Below the pieces are notes generated by a model. It did no database searches and was not told the origin of the DNA. It saw only the letters and a program-made list of their open reading frames with translations. From NCBI GenBank assembly GCA_004297205.1, contig SCUL01000002.1, positions 252,594-316,593 of the forward strand: DNA of 64,000 nucleotides, read 5' to 3'. This document shows positions 37,220-47,493 of this stretch, one piece after another. The position numbers were made by a program, and so were the translations under genes. The stretch comes from Patescibacteria group bacterium (GTDB taxonomy: Bacteria; Patescibacteriota; Patescibacteriia; 2-12-FULL-57-11). Position 1 is the first letter of the stretch, and each line of letters starts with the position of its first letter.

Positions 37220-39429
37220 AGCGAGCGTATATCTTCCTCAGGATACCCGTTCTGGCGTAGGAATTCGACGGCCTCCGCGCGCAGCGTCGGATCGAGGGCG
37301 ATGCCGCGCCGGGCGGCGTCCAGCGCCCGCTCGCGGCTCCCCATGGCAACGGCGGCGGCAACGGCCTGCGCATAAGCGTCGGCATCCCCGTTTTCGCCCA
37401 GTTGGTAGTTCAACGCGAACACGGTCTCGTAGTCTCCCACGGAAAGGAGCGCATGGAGGGCGACCGAAATTTCTTCCGGCGGACGGATCTCCGTGAACCC
37501 CGTTCTGCGCGCCGTGGCGAACTCCCGGGCCGCCGTGGCTTCATCTCCCGTCGCGGCAAGCCCGCGGCCGAGGTGCCAATGCGACTCCGGCACGGAGGGA
37601 TCCAAGGCCAAAGCGCGACGGAACACCGCGAGCGCCTCCTCCGGCATGTTGCGCGTGAGGTACAAATTTCCCAGCTGATAATCGACCATCTGCCGTCGCG
37701 GCGCGAGCAACCGCGCCTCTTCAAACGCGGCCGCCGCCGCCTCATAGGAGCCGCCATGGACCGCGGCGAGCAACAGGACGTTGGCGAGCGTGAAGCGTGA
37801 CGAAAACGAGGCGGGGCGGCGCCGGACGGCGTCGCGCAGCAGCGTTTCCGCCTGAGCCAGCGCGAGACGGTCCTCGTCCGCAAGCTGCGCCGACGCGCCG
37901 ACGCGTTTGAATATCTCGTTGGCGATGCGTTGTTCCTGCAACGCACGGTACGGGTTCTCGAACGAAACGATGCCGGCGGTGACCGGGGCAAAATCCGCGA
38001 CCGTGGTCGCGGTGACCGCGCGGTGGACGAGCGCGGATCCGCGCGCCAGCGGGATGACGCCCGCAAGAAGCGTCCACGCCCCGAGTCCCGCCGCACCGAC
38101 GGTGAGGGCGATCCGCGCCGCCGCGGGAAACGGCGCTGCGGATCGCTCCGGCGCGTTCTTCATCGCCGTGAGCAGCGGGACGGTTCCCGCCGCAGCCAGG
38201 AGCGTGGCATGCGTGTCGAACGACGTCAGGTGCGAAACGCCGAACGCCGCGATGCCCCCGAGCGCGGCTGCGGCGGCGCCGCCCGAAAGCACGCCGGACC
38301 GCCGCGCACGCTCGACCGCCCACGCAACGGCGGCAAACAGCGCCAGATACGCGCACAGACCGACCAGTCCCGCGACCGCGGCCACGTCCAGATAGGCATT
38401 GTGCGCGCGGTCGGAAAAGGAATTGCTGACGCCGAAGCGCGTGAAGTCCGTGGGATACAGACGGTCAAGCGCCATGTCGAACTGCTCCAGACCCCAGCCG
38501 AACACCGGCCGCTCACGAAGTGCCTCCCCTGCCACGCGCCACAGCTGGAGCCGTTGGATGATGCTCGGATCGTTCGCGGAAAAGAGCGAGGCGATCCGTC
38601 CCAAAAACGGCGCCTGCCGCACGGCGGGCACGTCGCGGACCAGATAGAGCGCGGGCACGGTCAGCACGCAGCAGACCGCGAGGACGACGCCGGCGATCCG
38701 CCACGACCGGCGGCCGGACCACAGGGCCGCCGCGATCCCCGCGACCGCAAACCCCGCGGCCGCACCCAGAAAGGCGCCGCGCGTCTCGGTCGCAAGAATC
38801 GCGAAACCGCCGAGGCCGAGCGCCACGGAGACGCCCGCCAACCGCCAGCGCGCCGGCAACCGCAGCGCCGCCGTGGCTGCGCCGGCAGTGGCAATGAGCA
38901 GGGCCTCGGCCAAAAAAATGGCGTTCCCGATGGTGGAGACGCTGCGCGATCCGCCCCCGTTGAAGGCGGACCAAAATCCGGGAACAAACCGCTCCAGGGC
39001 CGCCCATGCGGCAACGACCCCCCAGACGCCGAACCAGGACCAGGCATAGACGCGCGCCGGCGTGCCGCCGCGCGCGGCAAGCCGGTGGATGGCCGCGCCG
39101 AGCACCGCGAACGCCGCAAGCGTGACAAATCCGTTCAACCGCTCGCCGTTCCCCCAAAAACTCGTCGCGGGATGCGTGGAAAAAACAACGGCGAGCGCCG
39201 CCGCCGAAAGCGCGGCAAGCACGGCCGTGCCGACCACGCCCGGCCGCGTCGGCCGCGCCGTCCATGCCCACGCCAACAGGGGAAGCAGCAACGCGGCAAG
39301 GACGCGAACGGCGATGTCCTTGGCGGTCACGAACGGATAGCCAAGCCCCTTTGCAAACACCAGGGGCACGAACGCCGCCGCCACGGTCAGGGCGGCCAAG
39401 GCGTGCTCGCGGATCCTGCCGGCGCTCAT
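37216..39429 (-). CDS. O-antigen ligase (Wzy_C)-like membrane protein with C-terminal TPR repeats (paralogue 2)
   Basis: Paralogue of 35015-37219 (conserved ...RPVFGWGLEQF... / ...FDRPHN... loop); start MSAGRIREHAL at 39429 (ATGA overlap with upstream stop). Confidence 0.6.
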   Translation of the reverse strand: MSAGRIREHALAALTVAAAFVPLVFAKGLGYPFVTAKDIAVRVLAALLLPLLAWAWTARPTRPGVVGTAVLAALSAAALAVVFSTHPATSFWGNGERLNGFVTLAAFAVLGAAIHRLAARGGTPARVYAWSWFGVWGVVAAWAALERFVPGFWSAFNGGGSRSVSTIGNAIFLAEALLIATAGAATAALRLPARWRLAGVSVALGLGGFAILATETRGAFLGAAAGFAVAGIAAALWSGRRSWRIAGVVLAVCCVLTVPALYLVRDVPAVRQAPFLGRIASLFSANDPSIIQRLQLWRVAGEALRERPVFGWGLEQFDMALDRLYPTDFTRFGVSNSFSDRAHNAYLDVAAVAGLVGLCAYLALFAAVAWAVERARRSGVLSGGAAAAALGGIAAFGVSHLTSFDTHATLLAAAGTVPLLTAMKNAPERSAAPFPAAARIALTVGAAGLGAWTLLAGVIPLARGSALVHRAVTATTVADFAPVTAGIVSFENPYRALQEQRIANEIFKRVGASAQLADEDRLALAQAETLLRDAVRRRPASFSSRFTLANVLLLAAVHGGSYEAAAAAFEEARLLAPRRQMVDYQLGNLYLTRNMPEEALAVFRRALALDPSVPESHWHLGRGLAATGDEATAAREFATARRTGFTEIRPPEEISVALHALLSVGDYETVFALNYQLGENGDADAYAQAVAAAVAMGSRERALDAARRGIALDPTLRAEAVEFLRQNGYPEEDIRSL

Positions 39430-41615
39430 GCGCCGGGGACGGTCAGCGCCTCTTGGAAACGGCGCGCCTCCTCCGCGAAGGCGGGATCGAGTTCGGCCGC
39501 ACGCTGGGCTTCCAGCGCGGCGAGCGCCGGCTTGCCGAGCGCGGCATAGGTCGCCGCCAGGTGGACGTGCCACTGCGCGTTGTCCGGTTCGTGACGGATG
39601 AGTATCTCGTAGAGCGGAACGATGTCCGCGTAGCGCTTCTGTTCGTCGAACAACGCGATCACGTAGTCCATCTCCTGCCGTCGGGGCGCGTCTTTCCAGG
39701 CCCCGCGGCGACCGAGATCGAGGGACGTGCGCATCTCGTCCGCAGCCGCGGCCCGATCCCCCGCCGCGGACAGCGCCAACCCCAGGAACCAGTGCGGTTC
39801 CTGCAGCGTCGGATCTTCGGCGACGACCGCACGGGTCACCTCGACCGCTTTCTCCGGTTGTCCGCCGAGAAGCAGCGTCTTGGCGAGTTGGAATTTCACG
39901 GCCTGGCGGCGCGGGGAGATGGCGTCCGCTTTTTCGAGCGCGGCAAGCGACCGTTGCAGCCCCTCCGGGGACTCATACAACTCCCCTTCCAGGGCGTACA
40001 GCTGCCCGAGCATGAAAAACAGCGTGAAGTCGCCGGGGTGAAGATCCGTTTCCCGTTCCAGAGCGGCACGGACCGTGCGGACGTTATCTTTGTAAAACGC
40101 CTCGGTGCCTCCGGGACGCGCCGAGCGGTTCACGAAGTCGCGCGCCAGCTGCTTCACGACGTCGCGGCGCTGCACCGACCACGCCGCAAGGGCGAACCGC
40201 CCGTTCCGCGCCCAGGCCGCCGGCGAGTCCGCTTCAAGCGTCCGGAGCGCCGCAAAGCCGGATGGAATGGTCAGAGGACCGGCCACGAGCGCGACGACGG
40301 CAAACACCGACGCGCCCGCAAGCCCCGCGCGCGAGCGGCGCGCGGGAACGGCCGCGGACCCGGACCGCACGCCGAGCCAGGCGAGCAGGCTGAAAAAAAG
40401 CAACGAGGTGGGGAGGGTCTCGAAAAGGAACGCCCCGTGCACGAGATAGGCAGCCAGAGCGCCTGCGGCGCCGGCACCTTCCGCCGTCGTGAGCGTGCCC
40501 GCCCGCAGCCCGCGGACGATCAGCAGGATGCAGACGCCCAGCAATGCAACCCAGGCGAGGACGAGCGGCACGCCTCCGGCAACAAGCAGCTCGAGCGGAT
40601 AGTTGTGCGGCTTGTCGGAAACGGTTTCCGTGAACGAGAAACGCAACAGTTCCGGCCGGTAGTGGCGGTCGAACGCCGCCTGATAATTCTCCGGCCCCCA
40701 CCCCAACAGCGGTCGGGCGCGGAACGCTTCAAGCGCGATCTGCCATTGGAGAAGGCGCGTCGGATCATCGAAATAGGAACGGGCGTCGACGACGCGCACC
40801 ACGGGCGCGGGAAGACCGATGCGGACGAGGACGTCCTGGGGAACGAGGAACAACGAACCCGCGAGGACGCCGACCACGGCCGCGCCAAGGAGGATATGCG
40901 CGCGGCGGCGGCCGCGCGCGCGCAGAGCAACAACCGCACCGCCTGCGAGTGCGGCAGCGGCCAGGCCGACGATGCCGCTGCGCGATCCGGTCAACACGAC
41001 GCCGGCCACAGCGGCCGCCGCGAGCGCGGGGACTGCCCAGCGGATCCGTGACGGAAAAGACGAGAGGCAGAGCGGCGCCAGCGCCGCCGACATGGTCAGA
41101 TACCCTGCCAGGTATGACGGGTTCCCGAACAGTCCGGAGAAACGCGCTTCTTCCTGAAAAAAGGCACGGACGGCGGGAAACAACGCCTCGGCCACGAGCA
41201 TCGCCGTGGTGGCCGCTGCCGTCAGCGCCGACACCAGCCAGAAACGACGCCAGCCGGCGGCATCCAGGATCCGGGGGGCGGAAAGGCACCACACGGCAAG
41301 CGCCGCGGTCGTGACCAAGCCGGTGGCGCGGCTGACGCTCCCCCACAGCGACTGCGCGCCGTCCACGCCGAACAGCGCGGCACCGGCGCTGACGACGACA
41401 AAGACCGGAACCGCCACGAGGAGCGGCCGCGGGACGCGCGCCGCGGCCGGCCGTCCGGCGGCGACGAGTCCGAGCCCGGCGATGAGCGCCAGCAGGAACG
41501 GCATTTTTCCCGAGACCGCCGGAAAGAGCGTCACGGGCACATACCACAACGGACTCGTGGCCAGCGCCCAGGCGCCCCACTTTCCGGCTCGTACGATGCG
41601 GTCGCTCATGGACAT
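39426..41615 (-). CDS. O-antigen ligase (Wzy_C)-like membrane protein with C-terminal TPR repeats (paralogue 3)
   Basis: Paralogue (...RPLLGWGPENYQAAF...DKPHNYPLELL...), TPR tail with W/H..L repeats. Confidence 0.6.
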   Translation of the reverse strand: MSMSDRIVRAGKWGAWALATSPLWYVPVTLFPAVSGKMPFLLALIAGLGLVAAGRPAAARVPRPLLVAVPVFVVVSAGAALFGVDGAQSLWGSVSRATGLVTTAALAVWCLSAPRILDAAGWRRFWLVSALTAAATTAMLVAEALFPAVRAFFQEEARFSGLFGNPSYLAGYLTMSAALAPLCLSSFPSRIRWAVPALAAAAVAGVVLTGSRSGIVGLAAAALAGGAVVALRARGRRRAHILLGAAVVGVLAGSLFLVPQDVLVRIGLPAPVVRVVDARSYFDDPTRLLQWQIALEAFRARPLLGWGPENYQAAFDRHYRPELLRFSFTETVSDKPHNYPLELLVAGGVPLVLAWVALLGVCILLIVRGLRAGTLTTAEGAGAAGALAAYLVHGAFLFETLPTSLLFFSLLAWLGVRSGSAAVPARRSRAGLAGASVFAVVALVAGPLTIPSGFAALRTLEADSPAAWARNGRFALAAWSVQRRDVVKQLARDFVNRSARPGGTEAFYKDNVRTVRAALERETDLHPGDFTLFFMLGQLYALEGELYESPEGLQRSLAALEKADAISPRRQAVKFQLAKTLLLGGQPEKAVEVTRAVVAEDPTLQEPHWFLGLALSAAGDRAAAADEMRTSLDLGRRGAWKDAPRRQEMDYVIALFDEQKRYADIVPLYEILIRHEPDNAQWHVHLAATYAALGKPALAALEAQRAAELDPAFAEEARRFQEALTVPGA

Positions 41616-41658
41616 TCCACGACGGTAACACAGGATCGCGCGTCTTGGAAACGCAGCA

Positions 41659-41686
41659 CCCCGCCCCGTCGGATGACGGGGCGGGG
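41659..41686. terminator. stem-loop terminator downstream of giant S/T-rich gene
   Basis: Perfect 12-bp GC stem CCCCGCCCCGTC-ggat-GACGGGGCGGGG, 60 nt past stop (41746) on minus strand; U-tract weak. Confidence 0.5.
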
Positions 41687-41745
41687 CGTGTTGTGCGGCG
41701 GAACGCGTTCTTTATCAACGCGTCAGGCCGTACGCCATCCTAGGA

Positions 41746-44700
41746 TTAGTAGGAGAGCGTGTTACCGACGATCGGGAGCGAGTCGACGATGGTGATAGAC
41801 GCACCGTTCGTCGAGCCGTCCGACCAGACCACTGCGGGCTGGTTGCCGCCGTTTCCGTTGACACCGGCGTTGCCGATGCCGACGGTCAGGCGCTTGTCCG
41901 TCGCGGCGTCCTGCGTGTCGAGCGTGGCGTAGTACGTCCGCGAGCTGCCGGCAGAGATGTCGGTGTCCGTGAACGCAGCTTCCGTGTACGCGGTCGACGC
42001 GAAGCCGGTCGCGATGTGCCCCGTGTTGGCGAGCGAGTTGCCCGTCGTGACGGAGTCCTTCCACACCTGGATCTCACGGGAGGTCGTGCCTCCAGCGGTC
42101 GAGATCGTCGACCCGATGTCCAGGTTGAGGAGCTTCAGCGTGGCCGTGTAGTTCCCGACGTTCGCGCTGTTGCTGACCACGAAGATCGCAGCCGTCTGGT
42201 TGTCCGCACCGCTGGTGGTGCCGGACGGGGAAGACGAGTGCTTGGCGATCGTGATCTTGGTGCGGAACGCGTCGTGCGGGTTGCCCAACACCTGGAAGAC
42301 GTCCGTGTCCGAGTTCGACGACGAGCTGTTGTAGTCCAACGAGGTCGTCGAGATCGAGAATCCGGAGTCAGCGCCGGTGGCGATGATCGAGCGGTTGGCG
42401 TTGCCGCCTGCCGCCGCCGCGCCGTCCGTGCTGAGGATCATCGTGTTCCAGACCGGATTCAGGACGAGCCGGTGGGTGGAAGACGTGACACCGCCATCCA
42501 CGAAGGACGAGAAGTCCGACACCACCTTGATCACCACCGAACCGCTCCGCGGAACGGTCAGGTTGTTGATGTTGTCGAAGATCGCGACCGGGGTGACCGA
42601 GTTGCCCGTGGCATTGGAGCCGTCGAGCGAGGCGATCGTCCCGCCGTACTGCGTGCCTGAGGTGGCATCGATGAGCTTCAGGTTCTTGAGCGTACCGGTC
42701 GCGGAGACGAAGGCCGTCCCCGGGCCGCCGGCCGCAACGACGTGCGTCATGACATCGCCGATCACGAGCTTCGTGATGTTGATGTTTTCCTGCACCGTCG
42801 CGTCGAACTTGAAGCGGGCGAGTTCAATGCCCGTGCTGCCCAGAACCTGCGTCGCACGGATCGGCGTGGACGAGTCGGGGTAGACCGACAGGTTGCCGTT
42901 CGTGGAGATGTAGACGTTCTGGAGTTCCGTCGGGCCGTTGCCGTCGGAGTCGGAGACGTCCGTGCCGGTGGCGACACCGGTGGCGGACACCTTGTCGACG
43001 TCGACGACGCCGTCACCCTGGACGTCGGTCGCCGTGGCGCCGGACTTGATGTCGGCCGTCACACGGAAGACCTGCGTCGCGCCGGCCGTGACGCGGATCG
43101 CCGCGGACGGAGTGAACGTGTAGTTGGTCGTCACCGTGTCCGTGAGCGTGCCCACGGTGTTGCCGACCTGGGTCAGCGTCGAACCGACGACTTTCCAGAG
43201 CTTCAGATTCTGGAAGGTGTCGGCAAGCGTGTCGCCGCCCGTGGAGGCGTCGCCGATCACGATCTGCGTGATGTCGGCGTCTTCGCCGCCGCCCGTGACC
43301 ACGAACTGGCCGATGTTGACGCCCTGGGCGCCGAGCACACCGGTCGGGTTCCCAGACGTGCGGTCCGTGAAGGACGAGTCCTCCGACGTGACCACGGCGC
43401 CGCTCTTGACCGTCACCGTGCGGCCGGTTGCCGAAGAGGTGCTGATCGAGTCGAGCGTGACCGTGCCCTGGGCGTTGGACGAACCAGCGGAGAGCGAGGC
43501 CAGGAGCGTGTCGTCGGTCCCGATCGTGGCATCCGTCAGGTCAGCCACGAAAGACAGCGTCTTTGTGGAACCGGCCGGGATGACGAACGAGTTGCCGAAG
43601 GTGTAGTCGATGTCGGTCGTGCCGCCATCGCAGGTCTGCGTCGCATCGGTCGTGCCGACCTGGGAACCATCAAGCCTGAGCTTGACGTTCTTCAGAATGC
43701 CGGCGCTGTCGTTGGAAGCGCAGAACGCGGAGAGGTTGTCGACCTTCACGTCTTCACCCGCGGCGGTGAACGTCCACTTGGCGAGCGTCACCGCAGTGGC
43801 GCCGTCCGGAACGTTCGTGGCCGGGGAGTCCGAAGCCGTGGAGATCGTCAGGCGGCCGGAGTTGATGGTCGTGGAGACCGCGACTTCCGGAGACGCGCCG
43901 TCGTTCGGCTGGACCACGGAGAAGGCGTTGGTCGTGCCCTTCACCGCGACCGTGTAGACCTGGTAGTTCTTGTCCCAGACGATGGCGTCGGTGCGCTCCT
44001 GGATGGAGAACCGGTAGGTGCGACCGGAACCGGCGATGATGTCACCGACGAGTCCGAGCTGCTTGACCTGGCCGTTCGTCACCTTGTAGCCGCCGTCCGT
44101 CATGCCGGAGAGGTCGAAGGTGACCTTGGAGCCGGTCATGGTCGGAACCGTGGAACCGAGCTGGGTCACGCCGTCCATGAGCTTGAAGTTCTGGAGGGCG
44201 TTGTCCTGCACGGAACCGATCTGGGTGAAGGTCAACTTCTTGACGATCATGTCCTGATCAGCCGCCGTCACCTTGAAGCGCCACAGTTCGTAGCTCGTCT
44301 GGCCCGGATCGACCGTGTTGTTGGCCGTCGGGGTGACGCTCAGGAACTGCGCCTGGCCGAGATCGGAGACCGTGGAGATGGTCATGGTGTTGCCGATCGC
44401 CGAGCCGGAGACCGCCGTGGAACCAGTCATCGTGATGTCGGCCGCCTCAACGCTCATCGAGAGGGTCTTCGAAGAGTTGGACGCGCCGCCATCGGAGTTG
44501 ATGGCCAGGTTGCCGCGGACCATGACTTCCTTCGTGCCACCGGCCGGGACCGAGATGTTCAGCCCAGTGAAGGTGATCACGCCGGAGGAGATGGTCGTAG
44601 AGCGGCCGAGCTGCGTGTCGAGCGTGTCGCCCTCATAGAGGTAGACCTCGCCGAGGTTGGAGTCGGCCGTGATGCCGCCGCGGCGGACCTTGAGGCCGGA

Positions 44701-45615
44701 GATCGTCGCCGAGCCGTCAGCGGAAGCGGTGAGCTTCAGCTTGAGGAACGGGATCAGGGCCTGGGCCGTGCGGTTGCCGCTGTTGTCATCAACGATCGTC
44801 ATCGGCGCCGGGTTGTTGGAGCCCGTGGCGAGCGTCAGACCGGAGCCGGTCCCGACCGGGGGCGTCGTCGTCCCGCCGAGCTGCGCAGTGTCGTTGAACT
44901 GCGAATTGCCGGTGGAGATGTCCGTGCCGTTCGTGTAGACCGACAGGTCGAGCGTGGTGGTGACCACGAACTCGGTGCGGAAGCGGTTGGCGGTCCAGCC
45001 GTCAGCCGTGATCTTCCGCTTCGAGGTGCCGTCGATGTAGTAGATGTCCGGGGACGAGGCCGTTTTCACGAGCGCGCCCGTCGGATAGGTGTTGGACGTG
45101 ATGTCCGCGCCCAGCGTGTAGTTGCCGAACACGGAGTCGTCGACGTCGCGGACCCGGGTGGCCCAGCCGGAGCCCCAGAGCGCCGACGCGACGGCCTCCG
45201 AAGAGATGCCGCGAATAACGCCGCCGGGTTCCACGGCGTAGACCGTCGGAACCGTATTGATCTTCATGAGGTACGCGCCCGGGCGATGAACGATGTTCAA
45301 ACCCGAGAGCGGAATCGACGCCAGGTCGGCGTCGGAGACCGTCGTGACACCGCCGAAGTCGGGGTACCACGAAATATAGACCTTCTGATCAGGGAAAGCG
45401 TGGCGCTTGCCATCGGTGCCGACGTAGTAGACGGCCTTCAGGCTTCCCTTGACGAGGGACCCGGCCGGCAACGTAATCGCCGCTTTGGCAACCAACGGGG
45501 CGGCGAACGTCGCCACACCCATGGACCAAGCGATGGTCGTTGCGACCACGCCCCACGAGAGCGCCTTCTTTCCCATCTGAACTGCCTTTTGCATAGATTG
45601 GGAGAATGCTTGCAT
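41746..45615 (-). CDS. giant Ser/Thr/Gly-rich secreted/surface-anchored protein (1289 aa)
   Basis: N-terminal hydrophobic anchor, conserved N-domain (...AVYYVGTDGKRHAFPDQKVYISWYPDF...), then >1000 aa low-complexity T/S/G/N-rich beta-rich repeats; opposite-strand ORF is Arg-rich junk. Confidence 0.7.
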   Translation of the reverse strand: MQAFSQSMQKAVQMGKKALSWGVVATTIAWSMGVATFAAPLVAKAAITLPAGSLVKGSLKAVYYVGTDGKRHAFPDQKVYISWYPDFGGVTTVSDADLASIPLSGLNIVHRPGAYLMKINTVPTVYAVEPGGVIRGISSEAVASALWGSGWATRVRDVDDSVFGNYTLGADITSNTYPTGALVKTASSPDIYYIDGTSKRKITADGWTANRFRTEFVVTTTLDLSVYTNGTDISTGNSQFNDTAQLGGTTTPPVGTGSGLTLATGSNNPAPMTIVDDNSGNRTAQALIPFLKLKLTASADGSATISGLKVRRGGITADSNLGEVYLYEGDTLDTQLGRSTTISSGVITFTGLNISVPAGGTKEVMVRGNLAINSDGGASNSSKTLSMSVEAADITMTGSTAVSGSAIGNTMTISTVSDLGQAQFLSVTPTANNTVDPGQTSYELWRFKVTAADQDMIVKKLTFTQIGSVQDNALQNFKLMDGVTQLGSTVPTMTGSKVTFDLSGMTDGGYKVTNGQVKQLGLVGDIIAGSGRTYRFSIQERTDAIVWDKNYQVYTVAVKGTTNAFSVVQPNDGASPEVAVSTTINSGRLTISTASDSPATNVPDGATAVTLAKWTFTAAGEDVKVDNLSAFCASNDSAGILKNVKLRLDGSQVGTTDATQTCDGGTTDIDYTFGNSFVIPAGSTKTLSFVADLTDATIGTDDTLLASLSAGSSNAQGTVTLDSISTSSATGRTVTVKSGAVVTSEDSSFTDRTSGNPTGVLGAQGVNIGQFVVTGGGEDADITQIVIGDASTGGDTLADTFQNLKLWKVVGSTLTQVGNTVGTLTDTVTTNYTFTPSAAIRVTAGATQVFRVTADIKSGATATDVQGDGVVDVDKVSATGVATGTDVSDSDGNGPTELQNVYISTNGNLSVYPDSSTPIRATQVLGSTGIELARFKFDATVQENINITKLVIGDVMTHVVAAGGPGTAFVSATGTLKNLKLIDATSGTQYGGTIASLDGSNATGNSVTPVAIFDNINNLTVPRSGSVVIKVVSDFSSFVDGGVTSSTHRLVLNPVWNTMILSTDGAAAAGGNANRSIIATGADSGFSISTTSLDYNSSSSNSDTDVFQVLGNPHDAFRTKITIAKHSSSPSGTTSGADNQTAAIFVVSNSANVGNYTATLKLLNLDIGSTISTAGGTTSREIQVWKDSVTTGNSLANTGHIATGFASTAYTEAAFTDTDISAGSSRTYYATLDTQDAATDKRLTVGIGNAGVNGNGGNQPAVVWSDGSTNGASITIVDSLPIVGNTLSY

Positions 45616-45683
45616 TACATGAATATCGACACGGCGACGCCCCTCTCGAGGCTCGACTTTTCAGCCGCCGGTCATCTTTCAAG

Positions 45684-46868
45684 TTACCCGCCCGAGGACG
45701 GAGAGGTGCTGGTGCTTACCCCGGTGGGTTCACTTGCAGAGGAAGTCCCTTGCGGCTGCTGGCACGAAGACGTGCCGCAAGTGGTGGTCGATGTCGTCAA
45801 CGGCGTAATACCGACCGTGGTCTCGCCGCCGACGATGAGGGGATCAGCCACGGTGCTGGAAGCGGCGGACAGCGCCGAGAGCGCCGCGGCACCCGTGGTG
45901 GCATCGATGATTTTTTCGGCCGCCTGCACCAATTCCTTGCCTTCAATCACCTTGGTGAGGGCCGATAGGTAGTCTTGCTGATCCAAAAGGTCCTTCGCGG
46001 CGCCCAGCGCGGTCAGCGCCTGGTTGGCGGTTTCCGAGCCCGGCATGGCCGGCGTGGAGGTGGAGGTGTTGGCCACGAGGTTGGCCTTGTTCGTAATGGT
46101 ATCGATCTTCTCACCGACTTTGGCGGCGATGTCGTCGTTCGAAACGGCGCCGTTGGCATGAGCCTGGACGAGGACGGCCACGGCCTGCACGGAAATGTCG
46201 TCGACCAGCGCCTTGGCTTCCTTCACGGCCACCTGTTCCGGCACCCGCAGCTGGGTGTTGGTCTTCTCGAGCGCGGCCGAATACTCTTCGGATTTCTTGT
46301 CGACGAGGTTGGCGACTTCGGCCGCGTCGGCCGGTTCGCCCGTTTTGCTCAAATCGGAAAGGCTCTGCTGGACGGAACCCAAATCCTGCTTGATATGTTG
46401 AACGGCAGTGTTCAAACGCGCGCTGTTGTCGTTCTCCGGTTTGCCGGCGATGCGGGTGACTTCGTCCACGCGGCGGCCGACATATTCGATGCGCAGCGTG
46501 GCTTTGTCCGTGGCACTCTGGGCCACGGCAATGCGCGCCCGTTCGCTGGCGAGCTTGATCTGGTAGAGCGGATCGCCCGGGATGCTGCCCAGCGACGCCG
46601 AGACGGCGCCCACGCCGCTGCCCATCACCGCAGCCACGGCCAGCACGCCGGCCAAGACCGGACGAGCCACAAGCGTCGCCGCGTTGAAGGAAAACACGCC
46701 GCGCAGCGCGCCAAAGGTCTGGCGCGCACCGCCGCGCGCCGGCGCCTGTTCGGCGACGCGCGCCAGCAGCTGCGCGCGGGACGAGCGGACCCAGGAGGTG
46801 TCCGGCTCGCCGCCGATGCGCAACCGTTGCAGGTGCGACAGCGTGGTGATGATGTGTTTCGAGTTCAT
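45684..46868 (-). CDS. anti-sigma-factor-like membrane protein, DUF5667 family
   Basis: Single TM (PVLAGVLAVAAVMGSGVGAV), conserved PGDPLY motif typical of DUF5667, coiled-coil region, S/T-rich C-tail; ATGA overlap with sigma gene. Confidence 0.6.
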   Translation of the reverse strand: MNSKHIITTLSHLQRLRIGGEPDTSWVRSSRAQLLARVAEQAPARGGARQTFGALRGVFSFNAATLVARPVLAGVLAVAAVMGSGVGAVSASLGSIPGDPLYQIKLASERARIAVAQSATDKATLRIEYVGRRVDEVTRIAGKPENDNSARLNTAVQHIKQDLGSVQQSLSDLSKTGEPADAAEVANLVDKKSEEYSAALEKTNTQLRVPEQVAVKEAKALVDDISVQAVAVLVQAHANGAVSNDDIAAKVGEKIDTITNKANLVANTSTSTPAMPGSETANQALTALGAAKDLLDQQDYLSALTKVIEGKELVQAAEKIIDATTGAAALSALSAASSTVADPLIVGGETTVGITPLTTSTTTCGTSSCQQPQGTSSASEPTGVSTSTSPSSGG

Positions 46869-47434
46869 GTTCGGGAGGAGGGGGGCGCGGTGCGCAGAAG
46901 CGTCCGCAGGGTGTCGAGCGACCGGTGCAGGAGCACTCGGACGTTGCCCGGGCTCTTGCCCAGGGCCTCGGCGATTTCCGTCGTCGTCAGCTCGTCGACG
47001 TAGCGCAGGATGATGGCCTCGCGGTACTCGTCCTTGAGCAGCCGGAGCGCCTTCAGCACCTTGCCGATGTCGAGCGACTCCTCGATCTTGATGAGCCCCT
47101 TGGCGTCCGAGAGCAGCAAATGTTCAAGCTCGGGGGCGGCATCGATCGACAGCGCGTCCTGGCGCGTGCGGTAATGGTCCGCCACGAGGTTGCGCGCGAT
47201 TCGATAGAGGTAGGCGCCCACATGGGTCACCGGCGCGCCTTCCTGCACCTGGTTCCAGAACCGCAGGAAGGTCTCGGAGGTGATGTCCTGGGCGTCCTCG
47301 ACCAACGGGATTTTAAAATACACGAACCGGTAGATCCGATTCACGTACGCGTCGTACAGTTTCCCAAACGCCTGCGGGTCTCGTTGCAAGCGGATGCGAA
47401 ACAGGAGCAGTTTGTCCTGCAGGCTGTTCGACAC
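46865..47434 (-). CDS. ECF-type sigma-70 family RNA polymerase sigma factor
   Basis: Region 2 (...YRFVYFKI...DAQDITSETFLRFW...) and region 4 HTH (...TTEIAEALGKSPGNVRVLLHRSL...); GTG start at 47434. Confidence 0.8.
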   Translation of the reverse strand: MSNSLQDKLLLFRIRLQRDPQAFGKLYDAYVNRIYRFVYFKIPLVEDAQDITSETFLRFWNQVQEGAPVTHVGAYLYRIARNLVADHYRTRQDALSIDAAPELEHLLLSDAKGLIKIEESLDIGKVLKALRLLKDEYREAIILRYVDELTTTEIAEALGKSPGNVRVLLHRSLDTLRTLLRTAPPSSRT

Positions 47435-47493
47435 AACAATAGACGAGAAAACACCGACTCCGTTACACCACGGTCGACCAACGAATACCGCGG

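Noticed and set aside
41702-41724. Two copies of the self-complementary octamer AACGCGTT (second copy AACGCGTc) 7 nt apart, between the giant S/T gene stop and its terminator
   Set aside because: Short, imperfect, and located in a 3' UTR; it could be a minor secondary-structure element. There is no supporting context for a regulatory role.
42742-45972. 1076-aa plus-strand ORF opposite the giant S/T-rich gene
   Set aside because: Arg/Gly/Asp-rich junk composition; the minus-strand frame carries signal anchor, conserved N-domain and a terminator; antisense shadow ORF.
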